Shown one piece after another: positions 51,065 to 63,549 of a DNA stretch of 64,000 nt. The DNA is from Mobula hypostoma (taxonomy: Eukaryota): contig NC_086111.1 in NCBI RefSeq assembly GCF_963921235.1, positions 23,250,001-23,314,000 of the forward strand, read 5' to 3'. Each line of letters begins with the position of its first letter. The stretch's first letter is position 1. Made by a program: the position numbers and the translations under genes. The notes beneath the pieces are model-generated. The model worked only from the letters and a program-made list of their open reading frames with translations, was not told the DNA's origin and searched no databases.

Positions 51065-52670
51065 TATAACCACATAACAATTACAGCACGGAAACAGGCC
51101 ACCTCAGCCCTTCTAGTCTGTGCCGAACCCTTTTTCCCACCGAGCTGCACCGACCTGCACTCAGCCCATAACCCTCCATTCCTTTCCTGTCCATATATCT
51201 ATCCAATTTAACTTTAAACGACAACATCGAACCTGCCTCAACCACTTCTGCTGGAAGCTCGTTCCACAGCTACCACTCTCTGAGTAAAGAAGTTCCCCCT
51301 CCATGTTACCCCTAAACTTTTGCCCTTTAACTCTCAACTCATGTCCTCCTGTTTGAATCTCCCTCACTCTCAATGGAAAAAGCCTATCCTCGTTAACTCT
51401 ATCTATTCCCCTCATAATTTTAAATACCTCAATCAAGTCCCCCCTCAACCTTCTACGTACTAAAGAATAAAGACCCAACTTGTTCAACCTTTCTCTGTAA
51501 CTTCGGTGATAAAACCCAGGTAACATTCTAGTAAATCTTCTCTGTACTCTCTCAATTTTGTTGACATCTTTCCTATAATTCAGTGACCAAAACTGTACAC
51601 AATACTCCAAATTTGGCCTCACCAATGCCTTGTACAATTTCAACATTACATCCCAACTCCTATACTCAATACTCTGATTTATAAAGGCCAGCATACCAAA
51701 AGCTTTCTTCACCACCCTATCCACATGAGATTCCACCTTCAGGGAACTATGCACCATTATTCCTAGATCCCTCTGTTCTACTGCATTCTTCAATGCCCTA
51801 CCATTTACCATGTATGTCCTATTTTGATTAGTCCTACCAAAATGTAGCACCTCACATTTATCAGCATTAAACTCCATCTGCCATCTTTCAGCCCATTTTT
51901 CTAACTGGCCTAAATCTCTCTGCAAGCTTTGAAAACCTACTTCATTATCCACAACTCCACCTACCTTAGTATCATCTGCATACTTACTCATCTAATTTAC
52001 CACTCCATCATCCAGATCATTAATGTATATGACAAATAACATTGGACCCAGTACAGATCCCTGAGGCACACCACTAGTCACCAGCCTCCAATCTGACAAA
52101 CAGTTATCCACCAGCACTCTCTGGCATCTCCCATCCAGCCACTGCTGAATCCATTTTACTACTTCAATATTAATACCTAACGATTGAACCTTCCTAACCA
52201 ACCTTCCATGTGGGACTTTGTCAAAGGCCTTACTGAAGTCCATATAGACAACATCCACCGCTTTACCCTCGTCTACTTTCCTAGTAACCTCTTCAAAAAA
52301 TTCAATAAGATTTGTCAAACATGACCTTCCACGCACAAATCCATGTTGACTGTTCCTAATCAGACCCTGTCTATCCAGATAATTATATATACCATCTCTA
52401 AGAATACTTTCCATCAATTTACCCGCCACTGACGTCAAACTCACAGGCCTATAATTGCTAGGTTTAGTCTTAGAACCCTTTTTAAACAATGGAACGACAT
52501 GGGCAATACGCTAATCCTCCGGCACCATTCCTGTTTCTAATGACATTTGAAATATTTCTGTCAGAGCCCCTGCTATTTCCACACTAACTTCCCTCAAGGT
52601 CCTAGGGAATATCCTGTCAGGACCCGGAGACTTATCCACCTTTATATTCCTTAATAATGCCAGTACTTCC
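51065..52670 (-). mobile_element. CR1 LINE, 5'-truncated, inserted in a PLE fragment
   Basis: ORFs 51161-51991 and 51992-52489 contain NYRPVSL, QGSVLGP and KYADD. Confidence 0.92.
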
Positions 52671-55600
52671 TTTCACATGTCAGTGTGGGAATGGAAAGAA
52701 GAACGAGAATGGCTGGTCTTTGGTCTAGATTTACAGCATTGCAGACTTCTTGTGTGGCTACGGATGAGACTCCTTCTGCCATTCAACATTGAAGAGTTTG
52801 GAAGCTCCTCAAAAACAAGAGGGTTTATCACCCTAGGAGCCACACGAATGGCAATGGTAAATATGCACAGAATCATCAACATTGAGTATGTTGACTAATC
52901 GGCACTAAGAACATAAAGGGGTTTGTTTGTACTGTTATTCTTTTTATATAAATTTATAATGGAAAATGTTTATTTTTGAAATTAACAAAGGAATAACCTC
53001 AACAATACAAATCCCTTGCCATTACATCCCATTGTTGTCTTCATTATGCTCAAAGGTGTTCAAGGTAGGAAAACACTAGATGCTATTAGACTGTAGAAAC
53101 AAGTTTTGGAGGTAAGATATGCAGATTTGTGAACACTGTGAAAGAGATCTAGTGCTTATTAATGTTAAGTGAGAAATCCAGCATGACAGAAACAAATATT
53201 TGTACGTGCTGCACCAATGCCCAGGAATAGGAAAGGCTGCAGAAAGTGGTGGGTATAACCCTGCCCATCACAGGCAAAGCTCTCCCCACCACATGAAGGG
53301 TCTTGGCCTGAATCGTCGACCGTTTCTTCCCCTCTGTAAATGCTGCCTCACCTACAGAGTTCCTCCAGCACTGAGATCTATATGGTGCGCTGCCACAAGA
53401 AAGCAGCATCCATCATCAAAGGTGCAAAGCACCCAGGCCATGCCCTCCTCTCACTACTACCATCATGTAGAAGGTCTTATGTCCTACACCACCAGGTTCA
53501 GAAACAGTTATTACCCTACAATCTTCAGGTAACTATTCCAAATTGATTCTGAACTGATTCTATGACCTACAGACTCACTTTAAAGGACTATTTACAAATC
53601 ACATTCTCAGTTTTGCTTTTTATTTGCAGTTTGTCTTCTTTTGCACATTGGTTGTTTATTAGTCTTTGTCTGTTTAAATACAGCTTTTCATAAAATTCTT
53701 TTTTGCGGCAAGAAAATGAATCTCAAGGTAGTATACACACAATAATAATAAATTTAATTTGAACTTCTAACTTTGAACACACACACAGTCCAAAGAATTA
53801 ACTCTGTCATTTTCTACTGACAGACTTAATCGACAAGATAGATCAAATTTTTAAACTTGCTCATTTTATTTATTCACAGTGATTGGACCTTTAAACTCGA
53901 AGTAACTTTTCCAAAGAAACAATATAGAAGTGAAATCAGTCAGAATTGTAAAGCAAGGAACTAGGCACACTGGTTCAGAGTTCTGGTATGAGGGGACCAT
54001 TGAATTTATTATAATGTAGAACTGAAAGACCACCCTGTGGAACAGGACATGGGTCCAGACAATGAAAAATGTAACAGGAGGGTGGGGAGATAAAATATAC
54101 CCAGAGGTGTAAGAATGAGTAGTATGCAAATCAAAACTTGTTTTTTTTTGCAAGAAATTGAATATCTTGAAGAAAAATGTGAAGGAAATCTGAATTTTCC
54201 CAGAACATGGGAGGGGGGAGGAAGGAAGGAAGCCAAGATAAGGAATGACTAGCAGGGTGCACTTAATTCTTACCACTGGCCTTTGGTCCACAAACTTCCC
54301 ACCCTTCCGTACTTCCTGCTGACTCTGTCATTAGATCATCACATTACAAGTAGGGGATGGGTAGTCCACGTGGAACACCCTGCGGCTGTCTGCTATCATA
54401 CACCCTTGCTTAGTGCTTGAAGTAGATTTGGCACTGCCATGTTCTACTGATACACATCCAATCAATTATTTCAGGAATAGTGTGAACTCTTAGTCAGGGG
54501 AGGTTGGAGAGGAAACGAATAAAAGACAAACTATTTAACGCTGTAGGGATTAACAAAAAGCTCCAGATGAAAATGACCTCACTCCAGGATCAACAGTTTC
54601 ATCACTGGATGTGGTTGGTCCCTCCCCCAAACCAAGGCAGCCAGTTCCACATAGCTTTTCATAGTTTTTAATTAGCTGATACAGGGGACATGATTGTGAG
54701 ACTGAACATTCAAGTAGTTTGGAAGGCGGGACTGAGGCATTTGGGGCAAGGGGAGTGAACAGTGCAACCAGCAGAGGGTCTCGGGGAGAAACAGAAGCAA
54801 TAGTGTGAAGAAGCCTCAGGAAAGCAGCCAAGTCAACCCCTCCCAGAAGATGTAAACATTTGAGAGCAAGGACAACTACTGCACTGTTATCAGGCTCTTG
54901 CACAGATCTCTCATATACTGAAGAATGAACCCATGATCTCCCAATCTGCCTTGTTGTGGCTCTTGCATTTTCATCTTCCTGCACTGAACTTTCCCTACAA
55001 TTGCAACACTATGTTCTGTATTGCTTTCCTTTACACTATATCAATCAATTTATGTACAGAATAATCTGCCTATGTGGTATGCAAGCAAGAGCTTTTCACC
55101 ACACCTATATAATATACTGTAGTTTCTGGAAATAACTTGGAATATGTGTAGCTCAGGGGTATGACGGGGTTGAAATGAGTTGTTCGCTTACCTTGGCAAT
55201 CTACTTCCAAATGTTTCAATACCATTCGAGGAGACTCAATCAGTGAAAAGTGTGCTGATGATATCTCCTCATATGGTGACGAAACGTTTGCAAGTCGATT
55301 GCCTGGATTGGAAAACTCAACCCAACTGTAGATTCTGCTGCATCTCTCCCGTATCTCCATCATTTTTAACGAACATTGAAGTTAGAAGAAAAGCGTGGGC
55401 CACGACCTGTGCGTCACACAAACCACCTTCCCTTCATTCCATGGTCCACTGCACTCTCCTTTCAGATTCTATCTTCTGCCCTTGGCCTCTTCGACCTATC
55501 ATCTCCCAGCTTCTCACTTCATTCCCACCTACCCGTCTTCCCACTCTCACCTGGATTCACCTATCAACAGCTAGCTCCCACTGCACGCCTCACAAAAACT

Positions 55601-56559
55601 TTACTCTGACTTCTGCCCTCTTCTTTCCAATCCAATGAAGGGTCTCAGATTGAATCATCGATTGTATATTTCCCTTCATAGATGCTGCCTGACCTGCTAA
55701 ATTCCTCTAGCATTTTGTGTATTGCTACCTGTATGGAACATATTGACTTCCATGCAAGTCGCTACATAAATACAAATTGTTTTCTGTGTTAGTTGAAAGG
55801 CCTCGGGTTGGCTTTAATATTTGCTGTACAGCCATATCCATGAAAATGTGTTATTTAAATGAATCACTGTAAATGGTGCTTCGTGAGTGGAGAGTGGCCC
55901 AAGAAAAATCAATCATAATTGAGTTGCAGTGTGGAACTCAGTGCTATACCCAGGCATCACATGGAATCCTCAGTGCAAACAGACCTCTAGCTCTTGCTGG
56001 GTTGTGCTTGAAACGGAATCCTCAATTAGGACCGTCTATGAGCTTTAGTTTCACTGATACGTGGTAACTTTGTAAATTCAAAGTGAACGGGAACTGGTCT
56101 TGGCAAGTCCTACTGGAAGTTTTACTGAAAGTTTCAATGAAAATAAAACCTAGAAGGAACAGAATCAGCCAGCTCTAGAAGTGCGTGCGTGAGCGCGAGT
56201 GAGACAGAGACAGAGACAGAGAAAGACAGAGAGACATGCATACGCAAAGAGAAATTTGTTGAGTGGTTTATGACCAGTCTGCTGGTATATCACCTGACCT
56301 CCTGATGCGATCAGCCAACGGTGGGCAGCAGTTTTACCTAACCAAGATACTGGAGCTGGAGATAGGAATGGGGTAAAGGATGGTTAGTCAAGGGTTAGGT
56401 AGATATTCTTTGGTTTCTGTCTCTGGACACCCTACCAGCCATCCCACCCCCAATGCTCTCCACAGACAGCGCTTACTCAGCTGACGACTGGGATTCGAGG
56501 GGGAATTTTTCTCAGTCAGAGAGGGACAAGTACCTAGAATCCCTAGAAAGACTGATAAA

Positions 56560-57250
56560 GGTACCATCACAGGCAACGTTCAAGCGTCCAGTCAGAGAAT
56601 GGACGGGTGCCCACTAATTCGTGTGCGGACATGACGGGCCGAATAGCCCGTTCCCGATCTCTTTAATTCTATTCTCTTCGGGCCGATCCCCTCCTCATTC
56701 CACCAGCTCTTTCCCCTTTCCCTCACGGCCACCTCCTCCAAACCCTTCTCCCCCTCGGCTTCCAGCGCTCCACAACCCACCTTGTACTTCCTGGGTTTCT
56801 TAATGAACGAGGTCCTGGCTGTGAAGAACTGCTCGAATTCCGAGTCTTCCTCCTGGCTGCAGTAACCACTGCTGCTAGTGCTGGTCCACGTCATCTGGAA
56901 CGAGGGGGAGGGGTATTTCACTCTTTTTAAGAAAAAATAATTTACGGTTGTGGGAAATCAAAGCAGCCACGTAGCGGGGAGAAAACCCTGCCTCACAACC
57001 GAAACCCTGGACACACTGTGACTAGTGATCGCTCTGGTATTGTCTCCGCCAGGCGAGCGAGCGCTTGATCCTCTCTCACACAACCGTTGAGATTGGAAAG
57101 TACACACACGGCAAATCTCCGGCGCTGATTTGCTCAAAGAAGGAAGTGCGGGGAATGTGGGATCTATACCGGCCCCTCCTTCTTCCTGTCGTTAATGTAC
57201 AACGCCACTGATATCATCTCCTAAGTATTCAACGGCTAAATATAGCAGCT
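56560..57250 (-). promoter_or_regulatory. CpG-enriched RASSF1C promoter/5' region
   Basis: Local CpG enrichment around the isoform-C exon, with GGAAG ETS-like cores near 57140-57190. Confidence 0.55.
56781..56894 (-). CDS. RASSF1: RASSF1 isoform C-specific first coding exon (exon 2-gamma equivalent)
   Basis: MTWTSTSSSGYCSQEEDSEFEQFFTARTSFIKKPRKYK resembles human RASSF1C MTWSSTTSSGYCSQEDSDSELEQYFTARTS. Donor AAG|GTGGG, phase 0. Confidence 0.93.
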
Positions 57251-58105
57251 TTAACCCCTACCGTGCCAAACTCATCCAACAACCCCTATGGGCAGGCCCT
57301 CAGTTAGAAAACAGAAGCAACGCAGAAAGGGGGTTTGGTGCAGTAGGCAATCGGGGTTTGGATGAAAGCAGAACACATTAGACAGCATGGAGGTTCAGCT
57401 ATTTGATTATACAGCCTCCAAACAATAATCCAATCCAGACGTAAAATGAATTTAAAAACACACAGACTGGGCACCCACACCCGCAACAGGAACGGACACC
57501 AACACTCCTTCACATGCCCAATGTGTCCAACCGCATCAGAGATGATCAATTCGAGATCCAAACATTTCCTCGCTGGTAGCTGGCCTGAAGTATAATTATT
57601 TCCCTTTTTGGTGAGATGAATTGTGGCGGGGTGCGGGCTGGAATTGCATGAGATCAGGAAGGGCGCACGCATGTCGCACTCTTCTCATGATTAATGTCTC
57701 ATGATACCTCCCGGAATATCTGTTGCTCAACCAAAGTCAGCCCCAGATTATCCCGCTGTTACACTGAGAGTGATGTGCACAAGGTGCGCTCTTAACATCA
57801 GAAGACTTTAAATGTATTTCACTGGACAGAAAGTATGATCGGACATGCGATGACTGTAAAGTAAATGCTACTGTACACACCCAGCCCGGTACGCGTCCAC
57901 TATCCATTCAAACCTTTACTCTGGCACATTGCCCCTGTGGTAGTGATAACTGGTCCTGGACGCCCAGCAGCGAGATGGGTAGCATTGGTGAAGGGTGAAA
58001 CACACATACTAACTGAGACTCCGGTCCTTCTCCTCTTTCATCTTTTCACAGGGCACTGTGACTTTGGTCCGCTCTTCCGTTCCCACCGGCCAGCCATTTC
58101 AGAAC

Positions 58106-58388
58106 AGCAGAGTGTGCGGCCCCCGCCCCTTTCACCTCTTCCCACCATCCAGGAAACATAAACAGTCTTTCCAGCAGAGAGTGCGGCCCCCGCCCCTTTC
58201 ACCTCTTCCCACCATCCAGGAAACATAAACAGTCTTTCCAGCAGAGAGTGCGGCCCCCGCCCCTTTCACCTCTTCCCACCATCCAGGAAACACAAACAGT
58301 CTTTCCAGTAGAGAGTGCGGCCCCCGCCCCTTTCTCCTCTTCCCACCATCCAGGAAACACAAATAGTCTTTCCAGCAGAGAGTGCGGC
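58106..58388. repeat. 67-bp minisatellite, ~4.2 copies
   Basis: GTGCGGCC recurs at 58114, 58181, 58248, 58315 and 58382. Confidence 0.95.
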
Positions 58389-58487
58389 CAATCATCTGCA
58401 CTTCTTCCAATCCTGTGTACTGCATTTCGTGCTCGCAATGTGGTCTCCTCTACATCAGGGGAAAAAAAGAAATGCAGACAAGGTCAA

Positions 58488-59768
58488 GGCGCACAAAATG
58501 CTGGAGGAACTCAGCAAGTCAAGTGGCATCTAGGAAAAGGAGTGCAATCGACGTTTCGGGCCGAAACCCTTCGGCAGGACTGGAGAGAACAAAGCTGAGG
58601 TGGATTTAAAAGGGAGGGGGGGAGAAGCACAAGGCGATAGGCGAATCCCGGAGGGGGAAGGATGAAGCAAAGAGCTGGGGAGTTGATTGGGGAAGGAGAC
58701 AGAAGGCTATTGAAGAAAGAAAAGGGGGGAGGAGCACCAGAGGGGGGCGATGGGCGGGCAGGGAGATAAGGTGAGAGAGGGAAAAGGGGATGAGAAATGG
58801 TGAAGTGGGGGGGGCATTACCGGAAGTTTGAGAAATCGATGTTCATGCAATCAGGTTGGAGGCTGCCCAAACGGAACACAAGGTGTTGTTCCTCCAACCT
58901 AAGTGTGGCTTCATCACCACAGTGGAGGAGGCCATGGATGGACGTATCGGAATGGGAATGGGAAGTGGAATTAAAGTGGGTGGCCACTGGGAGATCCTGC
59001 TTGTTCTGGCGGATGCAGCGTAGGTACTCGGCGAATCAGACTCCCAATCTACGTCGGGTCTCACAGGAGGCCGCACCGGGAGCACCGGACACTGTATATG
59101 ACCCCAGCAGACTCACAGGTGAAGTGTCGCCTCACCTGGAAGGACTGCTTAGGGCCCTGAATGGTGGTGAGGGAGGAGGTGTAGGATCAGGTGCGGCACT
59201 TGTTCTGTTTGCAAGGGTAAGTGTCAGGAGGGAGATCAGTGAGGAGGGGCAAGGGAGTCGCGTAGGGAGCGATCCTTGTGCAAAGCAGAAAGTGCGGGGG
59301 TGGGAGGGGGAGAGGGGAAATGCGCTTGGTGCTGGGATCCCTTGGAGGTGGCGGAAGTTTCGGAGAATTACGTGCTGGTCACGGAGACTGGTGGGGTGGC
59401 AGGTGAGGACAAGCGGATCCCTATGCCTGGTAGAGTGGCAGGATGGTGGGGTAAAAGCAGATATGCGTGAAATGGAAGAGATACGGTTGAAGGCAGCGTT
59501 GATGGTGGAAGATGGGAAGCCCCTGTCTTTGGAAAAGGAGGACATCTCCTTCGTTCTAGAATGAAAAGCCTCATCCTGAGAGCAGATGCAGCAGAGACGG
59601 GTGAATTGAGAGAAGGGCGTGGCTTATTTTAAACAAATAACAGGGTGTGACGAGGTACCGTCCAGGTAGCTCTGAGAGTCAGTGAGTTTATAATAGACAT
59701 CGGCGGATAAGCTGTCTTCGGAGATAGAGGCAGTGAAATCGAGAAAGGGGAGGGAGGTGTCGGAAATG
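58488..59768 (-). mobile_element. Penelope-like element 3' half
   Basis: MSSFSKDRGFPSSTINAAFNRISS...PLVLTCHPTS; GIY-YIG remnants; terminal hammerhead variant at 58546-58581. Confidence 0.87.
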
Positions 59769-60596
59769 CACACCTACAGATTAGGTGCCTATGTTCAGTG
59801 TGCAGGACAATGCTGAAGTTATCTCCCTATTGCTCGCCACCTTTATGCTCCATAGATAAGAGTGGACGTGGAGAGGGACAGAGGGTATTATCTCAGAATA
59901 GGACGTCCCATTAGAATGGAAATAAGAAAGAACTTCTTTAGCCAGAGGGTGGTGAACCTGTAGGATTCATTGCCACATACAGCTGTGGAGGCCAAGTATT
60001 TGGGTATATTTAAAGCAGAGGTTGATAGGTTCTTGATTAGCAAGCATGTCAAAAGCTTCAGGGAGAAGGCAGGAGAAAGCGTGGAGAGGAATAATAAATC
60101 AGCCATGATCAAGAGGTGGAGCAGACTTAACAGACGGACTGGCCTAATTCTACTCTGATGGCTGATGGTCATCCCACTCTCATTCCGACTCATTGGTCTG
60201 TGAACTCCTGTACTGCTACAATGTGGCCCAGCACAAGCCCGAGGAACAGCACCTCATCTTCCATCTGGGAACACTGCGACCAAACGCATTTAATACTGAA
60301 TTCCGTACCTTGATTTCCCTGTCTGTATCAGTCACCCACCTGTAGTATTTCAGCTTGTTTGTGCTTCAACCCTTCCTGGGCGTGACCTGCCGGGAATGTC
60401 TTCCTGCTCTGTATTTCACAAGTCCAACATTCTTTTGTCTACCTTTTCACTCTCTTGACAGCTCTCATTCATTGACCATATAACCTTGTGAATAATTTAT
60501 AACCCAGTTATACCCTGTCAGAGACATACCTCATCCGGATGGGCTGTACACTAAACTTCTCTCTCTCCCTCCCCACTCTGACGAAAGGTTTTTGAG

Positions 60597-63435
60597 TACA
60601 AGACATTGGCGCAGAATTAGGCCATTTGGCCCATTGAGTCTGCACCACCATTCCATCACAGCTGTTTCAAATTCCTTCTCAACCCCATTCTCCTGCCTTC
60701 TCCCTGTAGCCTTTAATGCCCTTATTAATCAAGGATCTATCAACCTCCGCTTTAAATATGTCCAGTGACTTGGCTTCCGCAGCTGTCTGTGGCAATGAAT
60801 TCCACAGGTTCACCACCTCTGGGTAAAGAAATTCCTCGGTTCTGTTCTAAAGGGAGTTTGAGGCTGTGCCCTCTGGTTCTAGACTCTCACACTATTGGAA
60901 ACATCCTCTCCATTCTACCAAGACCTTTCAATACTTGTTTCAGTGAGATCCCCCCTCATTCTTCGAAACTCCAGCATGTACAGACCCAGAGCATTCAAAT
61001 GCTCCTCACATGTTAACCTTTTCATTCCTAGGATAATTCTTATAAACTTCCTCTGGACCCTCTCCGATGCCAGCACATCTGTTCTTAGTTAAAACTGCTA
61101 ATAATACTCCAAATGTGGTCTAACCAATGTTTTATAAAGCCTCAGCATTACATCCTTACTTTAATATTCTAGTCCTCTGGAAACCTGTGTGGATGAGAGT
61201 GTGCCAACGAAGACTTACTGTACATTCCCAAACCAAAAGCCATGGATGAACCAGGAGGTATATCATCTGCTGAAGGCTAGATCTGTGGCATTCAAGTCTG
61301 GCAACCCAGGCCTGTACCAGAAAACCAGGTATGATTTGCGGAGGGCTATTTCAAGGGCGAAGAGACAATTTCAAGACAATTTTGAACGAGGTTAGAGGCG
61401 ACATCAGATGCAAGGTAACTCTGGCAGGGTCTGCAAGACATTACTTCCTACAAAGTGAAACCCAATAGTATGAATGGTAGTGATGCTTCACTACCAGATG
61501 AACTCAACGCCTTCTATGCACGCTTTGAAAGGCAGAACACGACTACAGCTGTGAAGATCCCTGCTGCAGACCCTGTGACCTCTGTCTCAGAGGCCAATGT
61601 TAGACTGTCTTTAAAGAGAGTAAATCCTCGCAAGGCAGAGGGTCCCGATGCAGTACTTGGTAAGGCTCTGAAAACCTGTGCCAACTAACTTACAGGAGTA
61701 TTCAAGGACATTTTCAAACTCTCTCTGCTATGGGCGGAAGTTCCCACTTTCTTCAAAAAAGCAAAAATTATACCAGTGCTTAAGAAGAATAATGTGGGCT
61801 GCCTTAATGACTATCACTCACATCGACAGTGATGAAATGCTTTGAGAGGTTGGCCATGACTAGAATGAACTCCTGCAAGGAGTTCAGCAAGGACCTGGAC
61901 CCATTGCAATTTGCCTATCGCCACAGTAGGTCAACAGCAGACGCAATCTCAATGGCTCTCCACACGGCTTTAGACCACCTGGACAACACAAACACCTATG
62001 TCAGGATGCTGTTCATTGACTATAGTTCAGCATTTAATACCATTAGTCCCACAACCCTGATGGAGAAGTTGCAGAACCTGGGCCTCTCCAATTGGATCCT
62101 TAACTTCCTAACTGGAAGACCACAGTCTGTGCGGATTGGTGATAACATATCCTCCTCGCTGACGATCAACACTGGTGCACCTCAGGGGTGTGTGCTTAGC
62201 CCACTGCTCTACTATCTGTATACACAACTGTGTGGCTAGGCATAGCTCAAATACCATCTACAAATTTGCTGACAATATAACTATTGTTGGTAGAATCTCA
62301 GGTGGTGACGAGAGGGCGTACAGGAGTGAGATATGCCAACTGGTGGAGTGGTGCTGCAGCAACAACCCGGCACTCAACGTCAGTAAGACAAAAGAGCTGA
62401 CTGTGGACTTCAGGAAGGGTAAGACGAAGGAACACATACCAATCCTCACAGAGGGATCAGAAGTGGAGAGAGTGAGCAGCTTCAAATTCCTGGCGGTCAA
62501 GGTCTCTGAGGATCTAACCTAATCCCAACATATCAATGCAGCTATAAAGAAGACAAGACAGCAGCTATATTTTATTAGGAGTTTGAAGAGATTTGGTATG
62601 TCAACAAATACACTCAAAAACTTCTATAGTTGTACCGTGGAGAGCATTCTGACAGGCTGCATCACTGTCTGGTACGGAGGGGCTACTGCACAGGACCAAA
62701 AGAAGCTGCAGAAAGTTGTACATCTAGTCAGCTCCATCTTGGGCAGTAGCCTACAAAGTACCGAGGACATGTATAGGGAGCAGTGTCTCAGAAAGGCAGC
62801 GTCCATTATTAAAGACCTCCAGCACCCAGGGCATGCATTTTTCTCACTGTTACCATCAGATAGGAGGTACAGAAACCTGAAGGCACACACTCAGCGATTC
62901 AGGAACAGCTTCTTCCCCTCTAAATGGACATTGAAGCTTTGGACACTACCTCACTTTTTTTTTGATATACAGTATTTCTGTTTTTGCACGTATTTTTAAA
63001 GATCTATTCATATACATAATTGATTTACTTGTTTATTTATTGTTTTATTTTACTTATTATTTTTTTCCTCTGCTAGATTATGTATTGCATGGAACTGCTG
63101 CTGCTAAGTTAACAAATTTCACATCACATACCAGTGATAATGAACCTGATTCTGAAATGAATGCTAACATTGCATTTGCCTTCCTTACTACCAACTCAAC
63201 ATGCAAGTCAATGTTTAGGAATCCTGCACTAGGACTCCCAAGTACCTTTGCACCCCAATTTCAGAATTCACTCCTCATTTGAGAAAACAGTCTACACGTT
63301 ATACCTTATACCAAAGTGTATGACTGTACACCTTCCCACATTGTATTCCATCTACCACTTCTTTGGCCATTCTGCTCATCTGTCAAAATCTTTTGTGGAC
63401 TCATTGTTTCCTCAACACTACCTGCCCCTCCATCT
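60597..63435 (-). mobile_element. CR1 3' fragment split by a Rex-Babar insertion
   Basis: CR1 sequence ...TAGTCCTCTGGAAA resumes as GAAATGAATGCTAACATTGC at about 63153. Confidence 0.75.
61183..63153 (+). mobile_element. Rex-Babar LINE, 5'-truncated
   Basis: [28 protein letters not shown] and KFADN fragments; GATAATGAACCTGATTCTGA end. Confidence 0.9.
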
Positions 63436-63549
63436 AACTTTAACCTGCAGTATTAACCCCATTTCTCTTCCCACAGCCTGACTTTCTGAGTACATCCAGC
63501 ATTTTCTGTTTTCATTCTAGTCTGTGCAACAGACTGCTTTCCCCAAAGG

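Noticed and set aside
58106-58388. CRISPR-like array
   Set aside because: Head-to-tail tandem units with no unique spacers, in a eukaryotic context.
58797-59564. 255-aa plus-strand ORF as a novel gene
   Set aside because: It is the antisense frame of a Penelope-like element.
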